A DNA stretch of 64,000 bases from the NCBI GenBank assembly GCA_052327205.1, contig CM126207.1, positions 33,976,001-34,040,000 on the forward strand. The letters run 5' to 3'. Positions 13,515 to 25,189 of this stretch are shown here, piece after piece. The DNA is from Somniosus microcephalus. Taxonomy: Eukaryota. Every line of letters starts with the position of its first letter. The first letter of the stretch is position 1. The notes beneath the pieces were generated by a model. It searched no databases. It was not told the origin of the DNA and saw only the letters and a program-made list of their open reading frames with translations. The position numbers and the translations under genes were made by a program.

Positions 13515-13528
13515 CTAACACTTAAGAA
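13515..13528 (-). other. Candidate 14-nt micro-exon of an unidentified gene
   Basis: Minus strand tttctctcatctccttgttttgatgcag|TTCTTAAGTGTTAG|gtaagtg has a consensus donor and a long pyrimidine tract. Confidence 0.45.
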
Positions 13529-14224
13529 CTGCATCAAAACAAGGAGATGAGAGAAATGGGGGAGCAGAGCATAAGTGTGCAGGGTTCTCGATCAAAGCAA
13601 ACACTCTTTGCTTCAGCAGAATTTTAAGTGAAGCCGTCACATATAATTCAGCTACAAGAAGGGAAAAGGAAGGAAACCCTGTGGACAAATTATATGCAGA
13701 ACCAGTTTTGGTAAAGCATTATTCTACTAGTGGGAAAACAAAGCCAGTTAGAATATTGTCAGCAGAAATCACACTGTGTGGTAATATGCAAATGAGCTTA
13801 CACGTTAACAAGAGCTGGCTCTCAGTTAGGTATTAACTGATGAATCCAATTTATGTCGAGATGATTATCACTAGACACTCCCTTAGTGTTTAAAGATTCC
13901 ACTGGGCCCCAAGGCAGTATCCAAGTTATTATCACATATTTTCAACCATCCATCATCTGAACATTTTTATATTCAATGAATTGATCTTCAAAGATTGGTC
14001 TAGTGAGAAAGGGAAGCCATTATCGATACTCTTGCTTTAAACGAATGCCCTCAATGGACTGAGCACGCATCAATAAAATGATGCAGTGCAGAAGCTTCTT
14101 CGCACTTTTCTACTCCATATATTTAAATGTAAAGTACAGACTGCAAGTGACCTGCACAGAACATTCCCCCAATAACTAGTTCAGAGTACACATTAATTTT
14201 TCCCCGTTATTTTTTAATATTGGC

Positions 14225-14546
14225 ACAAGTTTTCAAAGTGCATGCTTTCCACTTACCGAGAGCAGCCTTTTAATGCTTTGAAGAGATCAATAGCACTTTT
14301 TTCATCAGAGAGTGATGTCATTTGGCTAGATGTCGCTAGTTCTTCCACCCGGGACTTTCCAATACGGGAAATTGTTATTTGGAGGTGTTAATAACCATTC
14401 TGCTCTCTCATAAGAGAACTATATTTTCTCGCCAGCAGATGGACCGCTCTCAGTGTCTTTATCTGTTGATAACATCCTAACGATCTCTTCAAAGCAGCAA
14501 ATGTCTGCTCTCAGTCGGTACAAAGTATATATTCCTTTGAAACTTG
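14225..14546. repeat. Old imperfect foldback (palindromic MITE-like relic)
   Basis: ACCGAGAGCAGCC..TGCTTTGAAGAGATC pairs with GATCTCTTCAAAGCA..CTGCTCTCAGTCGGT, and CAAGTTTTCAAAG pairs with CTTTGAAACTTG. Confidence 0.7.
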
Positions 14547-15007
14547 TTTTGTGTAGAAAACACAACAGAAAATAGATATTGACCAGAATGAAGGGAAAAA
14601 CTTATTTACATATAACTTGATTACATTTCTCAGAAACATCTCAAAACACTTTAAACACACAAATTACCTTTTGATTATGTGGGGAAAATGTTAACTGGAA
14701 GTATCCCTTTAAGAAGCTCTAGTTTATCATCTCTGTACTTTTTTGCTCTGTATATTTAAAGGGCAGTTTGAGTTCTGAGAGTCATTCATTGTACAGTGTA
14801 CTCTTTAATAAGTTGGAGATACGTTTCAACCAGTATTTTTTCAAATTCAGAGAATAGTAAAATTACAATGTTAATATTCTTTTCCTTGTTCCACTGGAAT
14901 ATATAGTTCAAAAAAGTTTGTGTGGTCATACAGCCTGAGGAGAAGGGGGGTCAAAACCACAAAGATTGGTGGTATTTACTGTATTTTCTGTGTTCTATAT
15001 AGTCTGT

Positions 15008-15041
15008 GTTGACAACTAGTCCACGTTGACAACTAGTCCAC
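15008..15041. repeat. 17-bp perfect tandem duplication
   Basis: GTTGACAACTAGTCCAC x2. Confidence 0.95.
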
Positions 15042-15704
15042 AGTAACTGTTTTACCGACTGGTTTGTGTAGATCAGTGAAATATCCCTTAAAGTGGAAAT
15101 TGCAGCCACAGATTATTTTAAAGGGGCAATGTCTTGTCAGTTAAATACCTTGCAGGGACACCTCTGATCTGAGGCAATACGGCCTATACAACAGCGATAA
15201 GCACACAGTGACATTATCACATGGGATAATAATTTTTTTGTCAATCTAGGAAATGTATTGGTGTAAAAACTGCACAAAATTGGTTTAAGTGACATCAGAA
15301 AGCTCTGCAAATGTTTCTCGGCGCTCACTCCTGCACTGCTCTGAGAGCCATACCTGCGGGAAAACTCCCCACTTCAACGACAGGGTTAACTTTTTAAGTT
15401 GTCATGAAAAACTGTTTATTAACATATTGTTGTAAGTAATTAAATTTTCTAGATCTTCAAATTATGATTTTTTTTTAAAACTTCAGATTCATAGTTGAGA
15501 ACATAGACTGCTGCTGCTATAAAATCCAATCTTCACGCATGTTTTTGTGACCTACAAACCTTGGGGTATGATTTATAGTTTGCCTCATCATAAAAGTCAC
15601 AGGTGTAGCTTTTATATCATCGTAACCTATAGCGTCATTTGTTTTATCGTTGCACTGCCGAGTTTATGGAAATTTAGCATGAGCTTCAAATGAATGATTC
15701 AGAA

Positions 15705-16100
15705 GGGTACGGTAGTGTAGTGGCTGTATTACTGGATTAGTAATTCTCATAATCCAAGGAACGTGAGTTAAAATCCCAACATGACAGTTTGCGAATTTGA
15801 ATTCAGTTTAAAAAAAATTTTAATGTGGAAATAAATAGGCGATATCAGTTAAAAATGACATGAAGGTGTTGGATTGTCATATTTAAAAAAAAAAACAACT
15901 GGTTCACTAATGTCTTTAAGGGAAGGAAACCTGCTGTCCTTACCCGGTCTGGTCTATATGTGACTCCAGTCCCACACCAACATGGTTCACTCAACTTCCC
16001 CCTAAAGTGTCCTACCAAACAGTACCACCACCTTCTCAGGGCAACTAGGGATGGGCAATAAATGCCAACCTTGCCAACGGCATCCACATCCCAAGCATGA
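15705..16100 (+). mobile_element. tRNA-derived SINE with a LINE-derived 3' tail
   Basis: A-box-like GGTAGTGTAGTGG and B-box-like GAGTTAAAATCCC. The tail CACCACCTTCTCAGGGCAACTAGGGATGGGCAA..CACATCCC is shared with the LINE end at 16545-16740. Confidence 0.8.
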
Positions 16101-16369
16101 TTTTTTTTTTTAAACGTGGTAAGATGGAAAAGAACAGTTTTTAGGTTAGTTCCCAAATGATAAGGAGATTGACATTGATCATCTATGAATTTGAAGAAGA
16201 GGAACAGCTAAGATAAGGCAATACAGATATAGCTGTCTCAATAAAATCTCCTTTCTCTGCCCTGGTAGCCACCATGGAACTACAGTCATCTGTGGAATGG
16301 TATATCATAGGTTTTCTGTGTTCGGTCTATGATGTCTGCCTGAATGGGCACTCGGTCTTGCCTTAACAA

Positions 16370-16510
16370 CAGCCCCTCTAATTTACAGCGCTCTGTCAGT
16401 ACTGTACTAAAAGGTCAGTGTAGAGTAGGAACTCCAGACCAGAAGTCGGGCTTAAACCTGCGACGTTCTAACTCAGTGACAAGCGTGTCACCACTGAAAC
16501 AAACTGACGC
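16370..16510 (-). mobile_element. Degenerate Deu-SINE 5' head
   Basis: TCAGTACTGTACT..GTCAG..CTTAAACC..TTCTAACTCAG..CCACTGA resembles the heads of the minus-strand copies at 24160-24286 and 60290-60430. Confidence 0.5.
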
Positions 16511-16544
16511 CGACATTTGGAAATGTAACTGTTCTCAATCATTT

Positions 16545-16740
16545 TTCTATTCGTTTATGGGATGTGGGTGTCACTGGCAAGGCCAGCATTTCTTGCCCAT
16601 CTCTAATTGCCCTTGAGAAGGTGGTGGTGAGCTGCCTTCTTGAACCGGTGGTGAAGATGCTCCCACAGTGCTGTTAGGGAGGGAGTTCCAGGATTTCGAC
16701 CCAGTGACGATGAAGGATCGCCGATATACTTACAAGTCAT
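16545..16740 (-). mobile_element. Non-LTR retrotransposon 3' end (probable partner LINE of the 15705 SINE)
   Basis: GGGATGTGGGTGTCACTGGCAAGGCCAGCATTT..CTAATTGCCCTTGAGAAGGTGGTGGTGAGC..GGGAGGGAGTTCCAGGA. The minus strand gives a WNSLP motif typical of CR1/L2-group ORF2 ends. Confidence 0.75.
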
Positions 16741-18319
16741 TTGCATGTATACCTTAAATACCAATAGTTGCGTTCATAAACCAAAGGGGTTTTTATTTGA
16801 GAATGTACATCTGAAACACCAGCAGCAGGAAGATAAAAATGTAAACTTGCCTGTAATTAAGACAGCATTGAATTACCACTTTAAAGCGTGATCAATCAGA
16901 GCGAGCTTTGGGCTTGTAATTAGCTCTGTGCACCACATCGTGAGTCATTTGCAATGAAAAAGAAGCTAGGCAGGTTCTGACCTACTCATCCGCAGCCTCG
17001 AACGAGGGCAGCATTTCCACCGAGAAACACTCTGATCCAATGTGGAATCGGCAGCAGCAATAAGAAATAAATCCAACCAGTAGCTCAGTCTTGTAACCTA
17101 ACAGCCATAATAAATAATGAGAACCTATTTGAAGGAGGAAGATGGGGCATTAGAAGCTATTTACACTACTGGAGTGATGCTATCGATCAGGAACAGCAAC
17201 CTGCAGATAGGGCTTCATCTATGATGTCATTGTTATTTATGATTAGACACTGACAGTATTGCAGCCATGGACCTCTCCCCGAGACAGCTTGATTCATTTA
17301 TGATTATGATGCATTCAGCAGTTAAAGAAACAATCAGCAGTGGTAGTGAGAGGGAGATGAGCATGGGCAGAACTGGGAAATAAGAGATTTCATAATAGAT
17401 TTGGCTTCATAACACATTCATAGAGCAGAATGGTCAGAATCTTTGAGTGGACTCTACCTAAAGGCGATTACTTGCTACACATCTGCAGTTCCTGTTAGAT
17501 TCTCTGTCATTCAGGGACGTGAATGATCGGTTCACCAAATGATACTGGATAATCTACTGACTTTAATGTTCTTACAATTCTGAACTCATTCCATAGGTTC
17601 TATTTGCTCCTTTATGAGACAGCAAAATCTTGTAGAATTAGCTGTTCGGCCAAAATATTCTGCAGCACTTTTTCCAAAAACACCTACTTTTATTTTATTT
17701 TTTAATATAAATCTCTAATATTTAAACTAGGCTTCCCTGTATAACATTTGGTTAAGACTTGTCCATTAGTATAGCAGAAATGCATTTCTGGCACCCCCCC
17801 CCCCCCCCCCCCCCCCGGTATACTGCAAAGCATGAAACAACGTTGAAACACGCAGCTAATTTCAGTATTTTTGCACATCGACCCAAGTTAAATTTTCGGC
17901 AGTTAACACCATGGCTGAGGATCAACTTCTACAATAGATGAAAACAGTCTGTGGAAAAACTCTGCTGTGTTTCGAAAATCTTCAGCAAGCCAGTCATCCT
18001 GCAGTAGATGCTCAGTGTGTCGCAAATCTGAACTGATTGACCCCATTAACTATGTGTAAGAAATAATTCCGAATGTACATGGTTAGTGACAATGATGATG
18101 TCACGCCAACGATGATGTCACTCCCAAGGTGACCTGTCCCCTTTAAAGATATGCAGTGCAGCACTGAAAAGCCACAGCACCTGAGATTATATTATCACAC
18201 CATGTGACGCTTAAATAGCTACATAATAACTTTCATGTCTTATCAAAATGTCTGAAAATCAGTCCATACATTTGTTTACCTTTTAAAGTTCAGCGACTGT
18301 ACTGGAGGCAATGCATGCA

Positions 18320-18835
18320 TGAGAGCGACTGGGGGGAAGAGAGAGAGCGACTGGGGGGAAGAGAGAGAGCGACTGGGGGGGGAAGAGAGAGAGCGACTGG
18401 GGGGGAAGAGAGAGAGCGACTTGGGGGGGGAAGAGAGAGAGCGACTGGGGGGGAAGCGAGAGAGCGACTCGGGGGGGGGAAGAGAGAGAGCGACTGGGGG
18501 GGGAAGAGAGAGAGCGACTGGGGGGGGAAGAGAGAGAGCGACTGGGGGGGGAAGAGAGAGAGCGACTGGGGGGGGAAGAGAGAGAGCGACTCGGGGGGGA
18601 AGAGAGAGAGCGACTCGGGGGGGAAGAGAGAGAGCGACTGGGGGGGGAAGAGAGAGAGCGACTGGGGGGGGAAGAGAGAGAGCGACTGGGGGGGGAAGAG
18701 AGAGAGCGACTGGGGGGGGAAGAGAGAGAGCGACTCGGGGGGGAAGAGAGAGAGCGACTCGGGGGGGAAGAGAGAGAGCGACTGGGGGGAAGAGAGAGAG
18801 CGACTGGGGGGAAGAGAGAGAGCGACTGGGGGGAA
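18320..18835. repeat. G-rich minisatellite, about 24-bp unit, about 22 copies
   Basis: The unit ACTGGGGGGGGAAGAGAGAGAGCG has a variable G-run. It produces the 8-aa periodicity in the overlapping ORFs. Confidence 0.97.
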
Positions 18836-19019
18836 GGTGGGGGGAAGAGGGTGGGGGAGTCTTGCCATGCAGGCAACATCCCACAAACGTCCATAAAGTC
18901 AAGCACCAATCTGGTTTTAGGTTGCTTGGCTTGAGGTAGGAATGTTGGCCACGGCACTTGGAGAGAGATGGTGGGAAACCGTACCAGCGGGACCTTGGGG
19001 GAAGAGGATGGAGAAGAGT

Positions 19020-22000
19020 GCCGGAGTGACCTCGGCGAGTGAGGGAGCCAGAGTGACCTCGGCGGGTGAGAGTCGGGGAGAGAGCCAGAGTGACCGCCGA
19101 GGGTGAGAGTGGGGGGAGAGAGCCAGAGTGACCTCCGAGGGTGAGAGTGGGGGAGAGAGCCAGAGTGACCTGGGTCAGTGAGAGTGGGGGAGAGAGCCAG
19201 AGTGACCTGGGTCGGTGAGAGTGGAGGAGAGAGCCAGAGTGACCTCGGAGGGTGAGAGTGGGGGAGAGAGCCAGAGTGACCTCGGAGGGCGAGAGTGGGG
19301 GAGAGAGCCAGAGTGACCTGGGAGGGTGAGAGTGGGGGAGAGAGCCAGAGTGACCTGGGTCGGAGAGAGTGGAGGAGAGAGCCAGAGTGACCTGGGTCGG
19401 AGAGAGTGGAGGAGAGAGCCAGAGTGACCTGGGTCGGTGAGAGTGGAGGAGAGAGCCAGAGTGACCTGGGTCGGTGAGAGTGGGGGAGAGAGCCAGAGTG
19501 ACCTGGGTCGGTGAGAGTGGAGGAGAGAGCCAGAGTGACCTGGGTCGGTGAGAGTGGGGGAGAGAGCCAGAGTGACCTGGGTCGGTGAGAGTGGGGGAGA
19601 GAGCCAGAGTGACCTCGGAGGCTGAGAGTGGAGGAGAGAGCCAGAGTGACCTCCGAGAGTGAGAGTGGGGGAGAGAGCCAGAGTGACCTGGGTCGGTGAG
19701 AGTGGAGGAGAGAGCCAGAGTGACCTGGGTCGGTGAGAGTGGAGGAGAGAGCCAGAGTGACCTGGGTCGGTGAGAGTGGGGGAGAGAGCCAGAGTGACCT
19801 GGGTCGGTGAGAGTGGAGGAGAGAGCCAGAGTGACCTGGGTCGGTGAGAGTGGGGGAGAGAGCCAGAGTGACCTGGGTCGGTGAGAGTGGGGGAGAGAGC
19901 CAGAGTGACCTGGGTCGGTGAGAGTGGGGGAGAGAGCCAGAGTGACCTCGGAGGCTGAGAGTGCCGGAGAGAGCCAGAGTGACCTCGGAGGGCGAGAGTG
20001 GGGGAAGAGAGCCAGCGTGACCTCGGAGTGAGAGAGAGTGCCAGAGTGACCTGGGAGGGTGAGAGTGGAGGAGAGAGCCAGAGTGACCTCGGAGGGTGAG
20101 AGTGGGGGAGAGAGCCAGAGTGACCTCCGAGGGTGAGAGTGGGGGAGAGCTAGAGTGACCTCGGAGGGTGAGAGTGGGGGAGAGAGCCAGAGTGACCTCG
20201 GAGGGTGAGAGTGGGGGAGAGACCCAGAGTGACCTCGGAGGGTGAGAGTGTGGGAGAGAGCCAGAGTGACCTCGGAGGGTGAGAGTGGGGGAGAGAGCCA
20301 GAATGACCTCCGAGGGTGAGAGTGGAGGAGAGAGCCAGAGTGACCTCGGAGGGTGAGAGTGGGGGAGAGAGCCAGAGTGACCTCGGTGGGTGAGAGTGCG
20401 GGAGAGAGCCAGAGTGACCTCGGAGGGTGAGAGTGGGGGAGAGAGCCAGAGTGACCTTGGAGGGTGAGAGTGGGGGAGAGAGCCAGAGTGACCTCCGAGG
20501 GTGAGTGTGGGAGAGAGCCAGAGTGACCTCGGAGGGTGAGAGTGCGGGAGAGAGCCAGAGTGACCTCGGAGGGTGAGAGTGGGGGAGAGAGCCAGAGTGA
20601 CCTCGGAGGGCGAGAGTGGGGGAAGAGAGCCAGCGTGACCTCGGAGTGAGAGAGAGTGCCAGAGTGACCTGGGAGGGTGAGAGTGGAGGAGAGAGCCAGA
20701 GTGACCTCGGAGGGTGAGAGTGGGGGAGAGAGCCAGAGTGACCTCCGAGGGTGAGAGTGGGGGAGAGCTAGAGTGACCTCGGAGGGTGAGAGTGGGGGAG
20801 AGAGCCAGAGTGACCTCGGAGGGTGAGAGTGGGGGAGAGACCCAGAGTGACCTCGGAGGGTGAGAGTGTGGGAGAGAGCCAGAGTGACCTCGGAGGGTGA
20901 GAGTGGGGGAGAGAGCCAGAATGACCTCCGAGGGTGAGAGTGGAGGAGAGAGCCAGAGTGACCTCGGAGGGTGAGAGTGGGGGAGAGAGCCAGAGTGACC
21001 TCGGTGGGTGAGAGTGCGGGAGAGAGCCAGAGTGACCTCGGAGGGTGAGAGTGGGGGAGAGAGCCAGAGTGACCTTGGAGGGTGAGAGTGGGGGAGAGAG
21101 CCAGAGTGACCTCCGAGGGTGAGTGTGGGAGAGAGCCAGAGTGACCTCGGAGGGTGAGAGTGCGGGAGAGAGCCAGAGTGACCTCGGAGGGTGAGAGTGG
21201 GGGAGAGAGCCAGAGTGACCTCCGAGGGTGAGAGTGTGGGAGAGAGCCAGAGTGACCTCCGAGGGTGAGAGTGGGGGAGAGAGCCAGAGTGACCCCGGAG
21301 GATGAGAGTGGGGGAGAGAGCCAGAGTGACCTCCGAGGGTGAGAGTGGGGGAGAGAGCCAGAGTGACCTCGGAGGGTGAGAGTGGGGGAGAGAGCCAGAG
21401 TGACCTCGGAGGGTGAGAGTGTGGGAGAGAGCCAGAGTGACCTCGGAGGGTGAGAGTGTGGGAGAGTGCCAGCGTGACCTCGGCGGGTGAGAGTGTGGGA
21501 GAGAGCCAGAGTGACTCAGCGGGTGAGAGTGTGGGAGAGAGCAAGAGTGACTCGGAGGGTGAGAGTGAGGGAGAGAGCCAGAGTGACCTCGGAGGGTGAG
21601 AGTGTGGAAGAGAGCCAGAGTGACTCGGCGGGTGAGAGTCGGGGAGAGAGCCAGAGTGACCTCGGAGGGTGAGAGTGTGGGAGAGAGCCAGAGTGACCTT
21701 GGAGGGTGAGAGTGGGGGAGAGAGCCAGAGTGACCTCGGAGGGTGAGAGTGGGGGAGAGAGCCAGAGTGACCTTGGAGGGTGAAAGTGGGGGAGAGAGCC
21801 AGAGTGACCTCGGAGGGTGAGAGTGTGGGAGAGAGCCAGAGTGACCTCCGAGGGTGAGAGTGTGGGAGAGAGCCAGAGTGACCTCGGAGGGTGAGAGTGG
21901 GGGAGAGAGCCAGAGTGACCTCGGAGAGTGAGAGTGGGGGAGAGAGCCAGAGTGACCTCGGAGGGTGAGAGTGTGTGAGAGAGCCAGAGTGACTCGGCGG

Positions 22001-22982
22001 GTGAGAGTGTGGGAGAGAGCCAGAGTGACCTCGGAGGGTGAGAGTGGGGGAGAGAGCCAGAGTGACCTGGGTCGGTGAGAGTGTGGGAGAGAGCCCGAGT
22101 GACTCGGCGGGTGAGAGTGGGGGAGAGAGCCAGAGTGACCTCGGTGGGGGAGAGAGCCAGAGTGACCTCGGAGGGTGAGAGTGGGGGAGAGAGCCAGAGT
22201 GACCTCGGAGGGTGAGAGTGGGGGAGAGAGCCAGAGTGACCTCGGAGGGTGAGAGTGGGGGAGAGAGCCAGAGTGACCTGGGTCGGTGAGAGTGTGGGAG
22301 AGAGCCAGAGTGACTCGGCGGGTGAGAGTGGGGGAGAGAGCCAGAGTGACCTCGGAGGGTGAGAGTGGGGGAGAGAGCCAGAGTGACCTCGGAGGGTGAG
22401 AGTCGGGGAGAGAGCCAGAGTGACCTCGGAGGGTGAGAGTGGGGGAGAGAGCCAGAGTGACCTCGGAGGGTGAGAGTCGGGGGAGAGAGCCAGAGTGACC
22501 TCGGAGGGTGAGAGTGGGGGAGAGAGCCAGAGTGACCTCGGAGGGTGAGAGTCGGGGAGAGAGCCAGAGTGACCTCGGAGGGTGAGAGTGGGGGAGAGAG
22601 CCAGAGTGACCTCGGAGGGTGAGAGTCGGGGGAGAGAGCCAGAGGGACCTCGGAGGGTGAGAGTGTGGGAGAGAGCCAGAGTGACCTCGGAGGGTGAGAG
22701 TGGGGGAGAGAGCCAGAGTGACCTCGGAGGGTGAGAGTGTGGGAGAGAGCCAGAGTGACCTTGGAGGGTGAGAGTGGGGGAGAGAGCCAGAGTGACCTCG
22801 GAGGGTGAGAGTGTGGGAGAGAGCCAGAGTGACCTCGGAGGGTGAGAGTGTGGGAGAGAGCCAGAGTGACCTCGGAGGGTGAGAGTGGGGGAGAGAGCCA
22901 GAGTGACCTCGGAGGGTGAGAGTGCGGGAGAGAGCCAGAGTGACCTCGGAGGGTGAGAGTGTGGGAGAGAGCCAGAGTGACT
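19020..22982. repeat. G-rich minisatellite, about 37-bp unit, roughly 105-110 copies
   Basis: The unit GAGAGAGCCAGAGTGACCTCGGAGGGTGAGAGTGGGG occurs with variants. The 37-aa (three-unit) periodicity in the 1642-aa ORF confirms the unit length. Confidence 0.98.
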
Positions 22983-23785
22983 TTAAGGGAGTAAAGAGCA
23001 TGCTAGTGTGAACCGGATGAGAGGGTGAAGACTGAAAGGGTGAATGAGCATCTCCATAAAGTGGGCAGAAGGGGGAGACGAGTATCTTCCTGTCATTGTG
23101 ACAACCATATAAGCAATTTAAAAATAACATGGTTATTAGATGTTTCAAAAATAACCTGCAATTTCTGTACAATGAATAAGGGAAAATCCCTGTAATTTTT
23201 GCCACAAACATCTACTGTATATGTGATGGAATGTTGGGTAAGTCCATGCCCAAATGCACTTTTAGTGCAGAGTTTTTGAGTTACTGGCCTTCTGAGGCTA
23301 TATCAGGTTTTCAGAGGTTGTGTCAACACTTGTTAATTTTCTATGTATGTTTCTGTCCTCTCTGTTTAATTGGCAAAAGGTACAAAAATCATTTGCCTCA
23401 CTGTGAGGTGGATATTTGCAAATTTGAATCTGACAATTGGAAGCAAAAAACTTCTAGGTCACTAGATGGATTTACCATGTTAACAGCTGGCCAATCCACA
23501 ACCTAGGCCTAAGTTTTTTTTAATATTAATTAGTAGGCCAAAGCAGGTTTGGTAAAGATAGTTCATATCAGCTATTTTATTCCTTTTTGGTTTCTAAAAT
23601 GTTAAAAAGTCAGATTTCAATATGATCGACTCCCAAGTGTTTCAAAGCAAAGTGTTAGTCCAAGAATACCTTGCACCTTTTTAGCTTCTGCTTTAGTGAG
23701 GGGCAGATGGTTTCAGATTGGTCTACACGGGCCATATTGAACTGAATGTCAAGTTTCAATGAATCTGGCAGGGTTTATGATTAGT

Positions 23786-24286
23786 AGAAGAAAGAAAGAA
23801 CTTACATTTATATAGCGCCTTTCATGACCACAAGACATCCCAAAGCGCTTTACAGCCAATGAAATCATATCATAGAATCATAGAAATTTACAGCACAGAA
23901 GGAGGCCATTCAGCCCATCTTTTTGTACATTTTGAAGTGTAGTCACTGTTGTAATGTAGGAAATGCAGCAGCCTATTTGTGCACAACAAGGTGATAATGA
24001 CCAGATGCTTTAAGTGATGTTGGTTGAGGGATAACTATTAGCCAGGACACCGGGGAGAACTCCCCTGCTCTTCTTTGATGTATTTGCCATGGGATCTTTT
24101 ACATCCATCTGAGAGAGTAGACGGGGCCTCGGTTTAACGTCTCATCCGAAAGATGCCACCTCCGACAGTGCAGCACTCCCTCAGCACTGCACTGGCGTGT
24201 CAGCCTAGATTTTGTGCTCAAGTCTCTAGAGTGGAACTTGAACCCACAACCTTCTGACTCAGGCGAGAGTGCTGCCCACTGAGCCG
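23786..24286 (-). mobile_element. Deu-domain SINE (SacSINE1-like), near full length, with a short CR1 tail inserted at about 23865-23920
   Basis: Has a tRNA-like head (GGCTCAGTGGGCAGCAC..GGTTCAAGTTCC), a Deu core CTTTCGGATGAGACGTTAAACCGAGGCCCC..AAAAGATCCCATGGCA and a tail GCGCTATATAAATGTAAGTTCTTTCTTT. Confidence 0.9.
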
Positions 24287-25189
24287 TTACTAATTATACT
24301 GGTGAAACTATTACGTTTTATTGAGAATAAATCATTGGCATCTCGCACACAAATTTGTTTCACACCTTGAGACATGGAGCAGTTTCATTCATAAAATACT
24401 GTAATTTGCGTGCCTTGATGTCCTTCCATCACCAATCTGCTATCGATGTTATATATTTCCATAGCACTCTTTCTCAAAGACAAAATTGTGTGGAAAATTG
24501 ATTGCCACCAGATTGAATTATGGTCCCTTAATGTGTCAGTAAAGAGATGTACTCAAACTTCAAACCAGGAGATACAGCACTATAATAATAATCCTTCTTT
24601 TGCAGTTGCCAGTGTAAACCTGATGCCTCTGTCTCATGAACTCTCCAAAGGAAATCTCCTAAAAGGGCCGAGGCTCCATATATCAGCGCTATCAATTGCA
24701 TGTGTTAAGAGTGATGTAAAACTAAATGGACTGAGTACATTTCTTTTATTTATTTTGATGACATAAAAGTTTGTAGGTTTTTTGTGCAATTAGCTTTATA
24801 TATATATATATATTATATATATGTTTGCTTTTAATGTAGCTGTCTCATTGCAGTTAGTGTTCCTGTAAAATGTGTAGTCAGTGGCAGGAGCAGCACTACC
24901 ACAGCAACTACTTATCTGAGCTGTTGGCTACTGCACTATTCCAGAATTTACCCCCGCCCCCCCTTCATGTCCGGCTACACGGCTTTTTAACCAATATGGT
25001 TTATGCATTAAAGGCGAGGGGAGTATTGGAACTGGGAGGTAAAGTGCAGTTTGAGCTCTGGGATCTGGGTTTGAATCCAATGGAGATAATCGAAAGAGGA
25101 AATGCACATTATAATTGGAGTATCAAGTGGGATTTTATCAGGGACAGTAATCGGCTTCCCAAGTGGCATTGTGGCTATATGTCAACAGT

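Noticed and set aside
19020-22982. CRISPR-like appearance of regular 37-bp repeats
   Set aside because: The units are head to tail with no unique spacers, there are no cas genes, and the context is vertebrate.
18283-23211. 1642-aa ORF and the overlapping 190-260-aa ORFs
   Set aside because: They are translations of the 24-bp and 37-bp minisatellites. The frame cycles with the repeat unit and no domain is present.
17770-23280. CACTA-like TIRs enclosing the minisatellites
   Set aside because: The inverted similarity around (A/G)TGCATTT..GGCA is too weak and no TSD is evident.
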